Of a DNA stretch of 22,664 bases, positions 1 to 9,768 are shown in pieces. The position numbers were made by a program, and so were the translations under genes. The number at the start of each line of letters is the position of its first letter. Positions within the stretch are counted from its first letter, which is position 1. The DNA is taken from assembly GCA_046563655.1 (NCBI GenBank), contig CM102290.1:15252001-15274664 (forward strand). Reading direction: 5' to 3'. Origin of the DNA: Yuukianura sp. NJ FZ-2021. Its lineage: Eukaryota. The notes beneath the pieces were generated by a model. The model was given only the letters and a program-made list of their open reading frames with translations, made no database searches and was not told the origin of the DNA.

Positions 1-3000
1 CGAACAAGGGGTACATCAAGAGTCCCGTGCTGGAGAACAACTCCAACCCCAAGGGGTTCAGTGTCAAGGTCGTCGTGTGGCCAGAAACCTCCAATGCAGA
101 TCCAGTCACCTTCACCTCAGACAGTAACACTTCCATAATACTTTTATTATACATAGTACATAGTACATAGTACATAATACATAATACATAATACTTTTGT
201 GGACGGAGTTTGTAATTTGTGAATGTGTTTAGTTTGTTCTGGAGCTGATTTGGTGGTGGAGCAGAGTATTTTGGAGCTAGGGATCGAGGGTTCAGCGCGT
301 GAGTACTTGCTAAGGGTCAAGGGCCTCAACGAGTACTTGGAGGGCGACATTCCACTCGCACACTACGTCTATGTCCAGCACTCCATCAAAATGGACGAAG
401 ACGTCCAGTTTATAGTCACCAAACGATCTTCCATCGCCAAGGACTCTTACGCCAGAACGGTACTTGGCATTTTAATTTACAAAATTAAAACTCGTTTTAC
501 TAAGTTAAAATTAAAACTGTTTTTACTAACTTGTATGTTTTTGTAGCAATTGGATGACACTCGAGCTGAGCATTTCAACTTGGACGAGCTTCTGCCTCCA
601 GTGCACGGAAGAACAATCACGTTTGATGAAATTACGATTCCACTCCAAATCATCGACAGTGAGGCTGAGCGGATTCGGGACAAGGTCAACGCCCACATGA
701 GTGGCGGAGTGGTGAGCTCCAAGGAAACGACAGGAGCAGGAGTCATCAGCTCTGCTCTGCTCATTCAGCCAGTCAAAGCAGTCTGCGTCCTCCTCAACGA
801 AGTCGTCACGATCGAAATAGTCAACTGCCTCAACTTCTTCGCCAACGCCTGCGACGATTGGAACGCCAACGTGAAGGTAACCTCTCCGTCCATTGGAGAC
901 AGACGCAGTTCAACTGACGTGTGTGACACGCGGAGGACGAAGATCATTGGGGATGTGGGGAGGGACTACTCCTTTGTGGAAGTGAGGCCCAGTGTGAGAG
1001 ACACTCTGCACAAACCCAACAAGGAACTCGTCTTTTGTGCCATGGAGCGCCTCATCTCCTCCGTCCTCAACTTGGTCGAAACTTACTCCAAGTCTTTCCC
1101 AGTCAGTTTCCGCATGAAAGACGCTCCACCCAAAACTAGACCCGAATCTCAAGGTACTTTTCAACTCTTGCTAAAAAGAGTAATTGAGTAAGGTTAATTG
1201 AATTTGTGAATTGTAGATATGAAACCAATGGGAGAGAGGAACGATCCGTTCCTCATCCGGATTGGAGCCATCCATCGTCTAAAGTCAGAGTGGCTCACAA
1301 TGTATGTGGACTACTTTTTAGTGGCTGAGGTTTTGCATGGATCCTGTTGGATGGGCAACTCCACAACTACTTTTGCACCCGTCACAAGAGCAGAGGGTCA
1401 CTGCTTCTTCAACACAGTCATCTTCGACTCCTGGATTCGATTTGACCATCTCCCCATTTGCATCATCCCAAGAGAAGCACGCTGTGTCTTCACTCTCTTC
1501 GGAAGGAAACCAGCAGACGACAACAACACACTGGAAATACAGGAACTGGGATGGGCCAGCATCCAGTGCATCTCTTTCAAACAGTAAGTCACTATTTACA
1601 TCCCATGTAAATACCTAATTACATCTTACATGTTACATCTTCATGTGATTAAATTGATGGAATTGAATTGTAGGCTTTTGGTCCAAGGAGACTACTTGCT
1701 TCCTTTTTGGGAAGTTGGTTTGGCTCAACAGAGAACTGGGCCTGCGCCAAATTCATCCACTGATGCAAACGCCCCTCTCATCAGTAACAAAACTTTCACT
1801 ATTTTGGAAAAAGGGTAAAGATTGTGGTTAATTTGGAACTTATTTTTTTGGAAATAGGTGTGGAGTTTATAGACTTTGGGCAAGACATGCCTTTTCCTGA
1901 AATTCCGACCAGAATGGAATTCCGTCGTGAGTTTGGAACTCTGGACACAAACACTCAAGTGCTGCTCAAAGACATCATCGCCACTGGAGTGTTGACCAAA
2001 ATCCCACCAGAAGAAAACGAAATTTTGTGGGAAAAGAGATTCTATCTCCAGGACTTCCCTGCAGCACTCCCCAAAGTCCTTTCTGCTGCTCAGTTCTGGG
2101 ATTGGACGAGTGTGGCTGACACTTATGCACTTCTGGAGAACTGGAAGGAAATGACTCCAACAGCAGCCTTCCAACTCCTTCTGCCACAGTATACTTTCTC
2201 TTTTCAAACTTTTTCAATTTGTGTCTTTTTCATATTTTGTTGTTGTTAAGGTATGCTGACATTCGGATTCGAGAACAAGCTGTTCGGTGGATTTCCAAGT
2301 TGGGAGATGAGGAGTTGATGAACCTGCTGCCGCAGTTGGTGGAAGCACTTTCTTACGAAACATTCGACATGTCGCCCCTCTCCAAGTTCCTTCTCCAGAA
2401 GTCACTCTCTTCCATCCCATTTTCACACTGTCTGTTCTGGATGGTGGCCAGTCAAGTGGGGATTGGGAAGTGGGCACAACAACAACCAGAGTCAGATCCA
2501 CTCATCGCCAGAATCAACGACCACACCCACCACAACCCCAAGCACAGACGACTCCAACTCCTCCTCAACTCACTCATGATTGTGTCTGGTCACAAGTGGA
2601 GAGCAGCTCTCATCTCACAGTACAAAATGATCCAGGTCAGGATGAACCTACACAAAAAGTAACTTTGACCTTTCTCACTTTAACTTTGATGTTCTTGGCA
2701 GAGTTTGACGGACATTGCGTACCAAGTGAAGGGAGCAGGGAAGGACTCTGCGAGAGTAGCCATTCTGAAGTCGGAACTCCAGCGTCTGAGTGCCACTGTG
2801 TTTGATGGAAGTGGGTCCATTCCACTGCCATGCTCCTCTTCCGTCCATGTCAAGTCTATCCATCCCAATCCTAACATGAGTTCCTACTTCAACTCAAATG
2901 CACTCCCTCTCAAAGTGTCCTTCCTCAGCGGACTACCGGAAGGGGGCTGTGTGTCCACCATCTTCAAGGTCACTTCTCAACTACAGAGTCTGTAATTCTC

Positions 3001-5864
3001 ACTCCATGTCAATTATTAGTTGTTGATTGGTTGTAGGCTGGAGACGACTTGCGACAAGACATGCTCACTCTCCAAACGATCCGCCTCATCGACAAATGGT
3101 GGCTCAAGGAGGGGCTGGATCTGAAGGTCCTCACCTTCGCCTGCGTCCCCACCGGACACAAACAAGGTACCACTCACGAGGGAAAGTTCCCAACCTGTTG
3201 TACAGTTTCTCAATTTAAAAAATACAATCCTTTTCTGTATATTGAAAAAAAATTAGGCAGTAGTTTCGGGTGCCAATTCCAAAAAAATCTCCCCGACCAG
3301 GTCTCGAATTCGTGGCCCCACTTCAGAAAAATACGAAAAAAAAATTTTTAGCTCGAATAGTTCGAGCAAAAAAATAAATAGTTTTTTCTGTTTTATTTTT
3401 TATTTTTTATTAAAATAATTTGAGTCGAATTTTTCAGCAGAAAACGTCAAGATTGTGCGACTTAACTTCCTAAACAATTTTTATGGTTAGGTTAATTTTG
3501 AATTGTTCATCATAAAACGTTTTAGGAAGTTTTGCCACACAATCTTGCCGTTTCTGTAGTAAAATTTGACGTAAAAAATATATCAATTAATTAAAAAAAA
3601 ATTTTTTGTTGTCTTTTTCTTCTTGGAGTGGAGACACATGGTCAAGCCAAGGTCGGCGTAAATTTTTTCTTGGCTTTGGCAACTGAAACTACTGTAGAAA
3701 ATTTTGTTTTGACATACATAATATTGCTGTATTTTTTTTAATTGAACAACTGGACGACAGGTTGGAAATGTTCCCTCGTCAGTCTAACAACTTTGAGAGT
3801 TGAATTTTCAAATGTGGAAATTTTGAAACGAATCTTGTTTTTGGTTGTAGGGATGGTGGAGATGGTTTCTAATGCAGAGACTCTGTGCAAAATCCAAGCA
3901 GAGTACGGAGTGACTGGAGTGTTTCGAGATTCAGCCATTGCTGATTGGCTGGCCAAAATGAATCCGTCCACTTTGGACTACCGTCGAGCAGTGGAGAACT
4001 TCACTTTGTCTTGTGCTGCCTACTGTGTGATCACTTATATTCTGGGCATTTGTGATCGGCACAACGACAACATCATGCTCACGAAGAAGGGCCACTTGTT
4101 CCACATTGACTTTGGGAAGTTCCTGGGAGACGCTCAAATGTTCATCAAGTTCAAGAGAGACCGCACACCCTTCGTCCTCACTGCGGACATGATGTACGTG
4201 ATCAACGACGGGGAGAAGGGGAGTCATCGCTTCCATCGCTTCGTGGAGGTTTGCTGCAGAGCCTTCTCCATCATCCGCAAAAACGGAGACGAACTGCTCA
4301 CACTGTTCCACATGATGGAGAATGCGGGCATTCCTTGTGTGGACCACCGATCAGTCGTCTACATCAGAGATGCTCTCCTGCCCGACTGCTCAAATGTGGA
4401 GGCAGCAGCCAAGTTCACTCGATTCATCGAAGAATCCTCTCAGTAAGGGCTAATCCACTTCAAAAGGGATTTGAGTTACTAATTGGTTTGTGGCTAGGAA
4501 TTGGTTCACTCCAGTCAACTTCTTCCTCCACAGTCTCGCCCAAATTCGGTTCTCTTCAGACACTCCAGACAATCCCAAAACACTCTCCTTCATTCCAACT
4601 GTCTACACGTAAATTGCACTTCCTATTTTTTGTTACATTCTCCAAATAAGAAACGAAAAACCTCAAACGTTTGTCCATTTGTTTCAAATGAGGTCTCAGT
4701 GCGGCCGTAGAAGCACTGAGGCCCACGACAAGAAATGGAGAGTAGTCCAGGTTTTTAGCTTCGTATTTAGAGAATGAGGTGTACTTTGGAAAAGTAGTAA
4801 TTGATTTGATTTTCAGGATGGAGGAAGAGGGCAGAATTGAGAAGGCTCTTGTCGTTTCCTGTCAGAAGAAGTACGACCCAGAAAAGTACTACTCTTACAC
4901 AATCAAGGTAACTCATTTTCAAAAGAAATATTGGAGAGAGATCTTTTTTTACAAGTCAAGTTTATTTATTTTCATAATTTTTCCGTTTTTTTCATGTCAA
5001 TTGAAATGTGTTTAGTTGAAACGGAAGGGTGAGAGTGAGTGGTCGTTGGTGCATCGATCGTGGAAGGAGTTTGTGGAGCTGAGATCCAAGTTGTGCATCA
5101 ACTTCCCCAAGGCAGACGGAACTGTGGCCCCCTTGGCCCGCAGAGGGGGCATCGGCAGGTCAAATGTCAAGGAAGTGGCAGACAGGAGGAGAGAGCAGCT
5201 GAACCTCTTCCTCCAGTCGCTCTTTGGGCTGGCGGATGAAATGGCTCACTCCAATCTCGTCTACACCTTCTTCCATCCCATTCTCAGAGATGAAGTGCAG
5301 GACTTGGACGAACAGAGCACAAAGTCCAATGCCAGAGGTACATCCAACACTTTTCAGTTGTCTAAATACTCAGAGTTTCTTTTGGTCTTTAGGTTCTCTG
5401 ACCAAGGACCCTTCCAGAATCTACGGCCAAATCAAGTTGAGTCTCCAGTATGGTCGAGGTGCTTTCCAGATCCTCATTCTGCATGCAGTGGACCTCTCCT
5501 GTCCCAATGGACAGCCACCCTCCACCTATGTCAAGACCTACCTCCGACCAGACACTTCACGCCTCACGAAACGCAAGACACGCGTCCTGCGCAGAAGTGA
5601 GCACCCCAGCTTCATGGAAGTGGTCAGTCCTTTTCCTCATCTTCTTTCACAATTCAAGTACAAATGAAGGTCAAAGTGAAAGTTGTGTTTTAGATTTCGT
5701 ATCGTCTGCCTCTGGAGATCATTCGAGAGAGAGTCCTTGAGATTTCCGTCTGGCACCATGACTCCTTCCAGGAAAACAGCTTCCTCGGCGGAGTGGCCAT
5801 CCCACTGGCCAATGCAACTCTGGACAGAGAAACCATCGACACATACACGCTCGGCAACCTCTGA
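1..5864 (+). CDS. PIK3C2A: Class II phosphatidylinositol 3-kinase (PI3K-C2 / Pi3K68D-like), 5'-partial, intact
   Basis: Hand-spliced GT-AG exons with consistent phases: <1-123, 233-459, 547-1153, 1217-1583, 1674-1783, 1858-2188, 2251-2635, 2702-2968, 3037-3166, 3851-4442, 4498-4608, 4817-4907, 5016-5337, 5393-5622, 5694-5864 (TGA). Domain order: Ras-binding (SVKVVV..PVTFTSD), C2, helical, kinase ([30 protein letters not shown]), PX ([19 protein letters not shown]), C-terminal C2. The PX+C2 tail is diagnostic of class II. Confidence 0.95.
150..194. repeat. 7-bp microsatellite (TACATAG/TACATAA, about 6.4 copies) in a PI3K intron
   Basis: tacatag x3, then tacataa x3, then tac, read directly. 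Confidence 0.9.
3172..3783. mobile_element. Outer MITE-like element with ~55-bp imperfect terminal inverted repeats, in PI3K intron 3167-3850
   Basis: Left arm ACTCACGAGGGAAAGTTCCCAACCTGTTGTACAGTTTCTCAATTTAAAAAATACA. Reverse complement of the right arm: ACTGACGAGGGAACATTTCCAACCTGTCGTCCAGTTGTTCAATTAAAAAAAATACA. No clean target-site duplication (TSD). Confidence 0.7.
3258..3694. mobile_element. Inner foldback/MITE-like element (CAGTAGTTTC...GAAACTACTG), palindromic over most of its length
   Basis: Perfect 10-bp termini that extend imperfectly (CAGTAGTTTCGGGTGCCAATTCCAAAAAAATCTCCCCGACC vs rc CAGTAGTTTCAGTTGCCAAAGCCAAGAAAAAATTTACGCCGACC). Internal arms ~3424-3485 and ~3511-3570 also pair. TA on the right flank only. 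Confidence 0.75.
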
Positions 5865-5945
5865 CTCACTCCAGCACTCCAACCTGGAACTCCCCAAACA
5901 TTTCCATGGAGACTGTATCTGTTGCCTTGGATTCTAAACATTCCT

Positions 5946-5951
5946 TTTATT
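5946..5951 (-). promoter_or_regulatory. Candidate polyadenylation signal AATAAA for the zinc transporter
   Basis: TTTATT on the + strand, about 115 nt past the transporter stop codon. Confidence 0.5.
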
Positions 5952-6017
5952 TGTTACGGAATTCAAATATTCAAAATATGCATGTGTAATTCCTCCAATG
6001 AAAATGGTTAATTTTAA

Positions 6018-6023
6018 ATTAAA
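6018..6023 (+). promoter_or_regulatory. Candidate polyadenylation signal ATTAAA for PI3K
   Basis: ATTAAA about 155 nt after the PI3K stop, followed by GT-rich sequence. Confidence 0.4.
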
Positions 6024-6065
6024 AAGTGGTACTTTTCCTTGGGCTGTGTTTGGGAGTGGTAGAAT

Positions 6066-7629
6066 TTAAATCATGGGTTGGAGTTCTGCAGCATGACCCA
6101 CCTCTGGCTTTGACCTCACTTTGAGGAGGGGAATGTCTCCCTTGGACCCACTTCCCTCTTGGTCATTGACTTCTGCCTCTGTGCAACACTGCATCGTCTC
6201 ACAGTCCCCCTCGCACGGAAGGAAGCACTTCGGACGGCCCACGGACCCTCCAGGGCTACTCAACTGAAACAAAGAGTAATGTTGAACACATTGTTTAATC
6301 CAACTTTTGAATCCACTCAAGTACCTCCACAAATTCTGGCTGGAGAGTGATGTGTGAAATTCCATTGGAGTGCAGAAAGTCCACCACGTTGTACTCCACT
6401 CCCAAGTAGTTGAGGGTCCTGTACACCACATGCGCAGAAGCAACGATCTTCTGCGGAGTCAACTGCCAAATGTGAAAGTCATGAATGTCCAAGATCTCCT
6501 CCTGGAACTTGTGTCTCAACTCCTGCAGCAGCAACTCCAAGTTGATTTGGTTAGGGATTGTGAGGAGCAGAATATGACCAGCATCTCGACCTGCACTTAA
6601 AAATTACAACTTAGGAAGATAGGAATGGTTAGATACAATGGTTCCTTACCAAGGTTGTATGACAAGACAGACAGAATCACAACAGCACCAATTGTGGCCC
6701 CTGGATCAATGTACCTCATCACCACAATCTCTCCCTCACTCTCCGATCTTTCACTAACGTAGTAAAGGACACCCGCCACAACAACCACCAACACAGAACC
6801 TGTAATCCCACACACAGTTAAAAACCATCTAACATTGTATCTTTGAAACACTTTTTAAGTTTTTACCAAAAATGTCTCTGAAGATGGCAGTGAGGCCTTG
6901 ACGTCGGCGACTCTTCATTCCCTCCTTGACGTAGGCCTGCACAGACGCAGAAATCACAAAGTCATCTCCAACTTGGTGCTGGTGATGGGAATCCAGGAAG
7001 CTGCTCTGATGAAACGTGTAACCTTACAAAAATCACACAAAGTAACATGAAGTTAGGCTTGAAAAGTAAGTTGGGGTTACCTCCGACCATGAAGAAGGCA
7101 ATGGAGTTGACGAGGAGCCCAGCAGCACCAACGACTCCGACGACAGCGGAGTGATGCATGGAGTCATGATGGTCCACGTGAATGATGGTCTAAAAGAGTG
7201 AAAATTGAGTTGAGTGAGTGGTAAGTTGAATGAAGGACTCAAGGTACCTGAAGAGCTTCCACGGTGACTGAGAAGGCCAAAGCGGCGAGGAAGCACGTAC
7301 TAGCGACGATTCCACAGACATGGATTCTCGTCCATCCAAAAGTATTTTGCCAACTGGGCCCCTTCTGACAGAGCTAAGAGAGTAAAAAAAGGAGTTTAGT
7401 TGCGTCTCAAATGAGTAGTTGAGTTGCTTACATTGACGGTGACTATGCAAGTGAGGAGCGAGAGGACGTTGTAGAGCATGTGGTAGGCATCAATCTGGAG
7501 GATGAGAGAGTGCGTCAAGTGAGCAGTGACGAGTTGAATCACAAAGTAAGTCAAAGTGAGGGTGAGCAGAACGTAGAAGCGGAAGAGGGAAACGTGAGTC
7601 AGAATGTCCTTGGTGCCTGAAGGCCCCAT
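6066..7629 (-). CDS. ZnT77C: CDF/SLC30 zinc transporter, ZnT1/ZnT10 clade (insect ZnT77C-like), 400 aa, intact
   Basis: Exons 7629-7432, 7373-7248, 7189-7081, 7022-6867, 6799-6650, 6590-6325, 6263-6066 total 1203 nt with matching phases. Motifs: THSLILQIDAYHML, NTFGWTRIHV, GGYTFHQSSFL, YIDP, IHDFHIWQL, HITLQPE and a Cys-rich tail (C..PC..C..CC). An in-frame TGA lies upstream of ATG 7629. The family call is firm; the ZnT77C orthology is from memory. Confidence 0.9.
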
Positions 7630-8118
7630 TCTCCACAACTTCTCAAGTTCAACTGAGTCCACAATTGAATTTGGTCAAGGGATCCTAACTAAATGAAGAG
7701 ATGAATCATGTCCGTCCACCGTTCCGTACACTTCTTACTTGGATAGAAAAGTGTTGATGTGGAAGTAAGAAAGAAGGACTTATCTCGTCCATTGTTTTCA
7801 TGTTGAGAGTCAAAAGTTAATCCTGTTCCTCAGCTAATCTGTCGCTGTGGTTGAGTGTTAAGTGGATCCACTTGAATGAACACTACACGAAACAACTTAT
7901 GTTGACACCTTATCTGGCCAAACAAAGTGAAATGGTGGAAGTAGAGTGGATTAAGGACTTGGGCTCTTCTAGACACACCAAAAACATAATCCCACACGAC
8001 AAGGAAACGTCCAATTCTTCCACTTTATCGCCTAGCAGAGACTCAATTAATCGGTTTGACTAATTAGTCGATTGAAAGGTTTGGACTGTGGGAAGGGAGA
8101 AATGAAAGAACAGCTCTT

Positions 8119-8250
8119 AGCCTAAAAAACTTACAGTTAACTATGAGTTTCTCCTTATGGGAGAAGTTAGGTTATAAAAAATTACAATTTTTTATACACT
8201 AGGTTTGGCCATTTGGAGAAAGTCATAGTTAACTATACATTCACACCTAT
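8119..8250. mobile_element. 132-bp hairpin element flanked by a 9-bp direct repeat (possible TSD)
   Basis: ACAGCTCTT at 8110-8118 and 8251-8259. Subterminal inverted repeat 8135-8154 / 8215-8234 (19/20 match). Central perfect palindrome TATAAAAAATT-ac-AATTTTTTATA at 8173-8196. Confidence 0.55.
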
Positions 8251-8263
8251 ACAGCTCTTCTGG

Positions 8264-8438
8264 ACTTCTTATTTTGTTTTGATTTTGACTTTGGTTTTTT
8301 GAAAAGAGTTGGCGCACTTTGTGTCAAGTTCAAAGTTGAGCAATGTCTAATGCTGAGATAACCATGTCAGCAGCTTCTGTTGTTTTCCGAGGATTAGCTC
8401 TTGAGACGAAAAGACAAAACCAAAAGTTGTCGGAGCAG
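8264..8438 (-). repeat. Copy 1 of a dispersed non-coding module (left arm of inverted repeat 8264-9692)
   Basis: Its reverse complement aligns with 9495-9692, e.g. ACTTCTTATTTTGTTTTGATTTTGACTTT.GTTTTTTGAAAAGAGTT..CGCACTTTGT.TCAAGT...TGTCAGCAGCTTC...CCGAGGATTAGC...GACAAAACCAAAAGTTGTC. Confidence 0.9.
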
Positions 8439-9407
8439 GACTCTTTGTGTTTTGGTTTTCTGTCCACAGAATGACTGCGCATGTTTCATCCTCGCTTGAG
8501 AATACAAAAATATTCAGGGCCGTGTGCTACTAAGTTACGGCCCATCTTCCGAATAATTATTATAATAAAGAATAATTATTATTAGTAACATCATTCACTG
8601 TTAAGAACTTTAAATTACAATTAAACAGAATGAAATAATTACTACTAGTGTATTTCATGTCCCTTAACCACAAAAAAAAAACTAATTTCAACACAACTTC
8701 CATTTTATTCGTTTCAGCTATGGTTAAAGTGGCTTTTCTAATTTAAACCAAAACTACAAAGAAAGTTTGTGAAAATAATGCAAAGACAGTAAAATTTGAA
8801 ATGATGTTTAACTTTTAATTTGTTTGAACAAGCGAAAATGGATTTCGAATAATTTTTATTTGTGGAATTGAAAAAAAAACGGAAACAGAAAAAAAGTGGA
8901 GTGAACTCCTGCACACTCTTCCTGTTCTCAGCAACTTTCTATGCTTTTCACACACAAAAAATTCACCTAACTTTTTCTGGCGAAGTGAAGTGATGACAGA
9001 AAATCATCATGAATGACTTTTTACACAAGAAAATTCTGACTACTGTCGTTTTTCTTTCTTCACAAGAAACTTTCATACAAAAAGTACAAAGAAAGTTAGA
9101 GAAATCTAAGGATGTAGGAAAAGTGAAATTGGAAAGCTTGTTGTACTTTTATTTAGATTTGAGAAGCGAAACTGCATGGAGAAAGTTTGAGTTTGGTGTA
9201 CAAAAACAAAAATAAAATTGAAGTTGAGTCAAGTCCAATAGATTCGGCCGGTCCTCCGGAACTTTCTCTGTTTTTCTCCATAAAATGTTTGATTTTTGGG
9301 GGGTTTGGAGTTGGGATGGTCCCCACATGCATTTTTTCCGTTGCCACCTCACGCCCTTCACCACCCCCAACTCCAAAAGAGTAACACTGCTACTCCTTTC
9401 GGCTTCA

Positions 9408-9415
9408 TATAAAAG
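9408..9415 (+). promoter_or_regulatory. TATA-box-like TATAAAAG upstream of PPWD1
   Basis: Consensus match about 360 bp upstream of ATG 9769. The motif alone is weak evidence. Confidence 0.25.
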
Positions 9416-9494
9416 GGAAGCTCCACAAATTCTCTACTGCTCTCAACTATTTATGTGAATCTCGTCCCGGGTGCGGACCGAGAGAGCGAACAAG

Positions 9495-9692
9495 CTGCTT
9501 TGACAACTTTTGGTTTTGTCATTTCAACCTGACTTGGATTGCGCAAGTCAGGTTGAAGGCTAATCCTCGGAGAGCAACCGAAGCTGCTGACAGCTTATCT
9601 TAGCATTAGACACTGCGGAACTTTACACTTGAGACAAAGTGCGGGAACTCTTTTCAAAAAACAAAAGTCAAAATCAAAACAAAATAAGAAGT
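9495..9692 (+). repeat. Copy 2 of the dispersed module (right arm of the inverted repeat), with an extra 14-bp-stem hairpin
   Basis: Inverted copy of 8264-8438. Ends 76 bp before the PPWD1 ATG. Contains the E2F-like GCGGGAA. Confidence 0.9.
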
Positions 9693-9768
9693 TTACTTCA
9701 ATTTAAAGTTAAGCTGATTGTTTAAAGTTAATCATTGAATAATTTCTCAATTAAGTTTCAGTTTTTAG

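Noticed and set aside
147..6600. Antisense and alternative-frame ORFs over PI3K and ZnT exons
   Set aside because: They are shadows of real coding exons, with no recognisable motifs.
7851..9384. Short ORFs between ZnT and PPWD1 as a transposase
   Set aside because: 60-75 aa, no DDE, zinc-finger or other recognisable motif.
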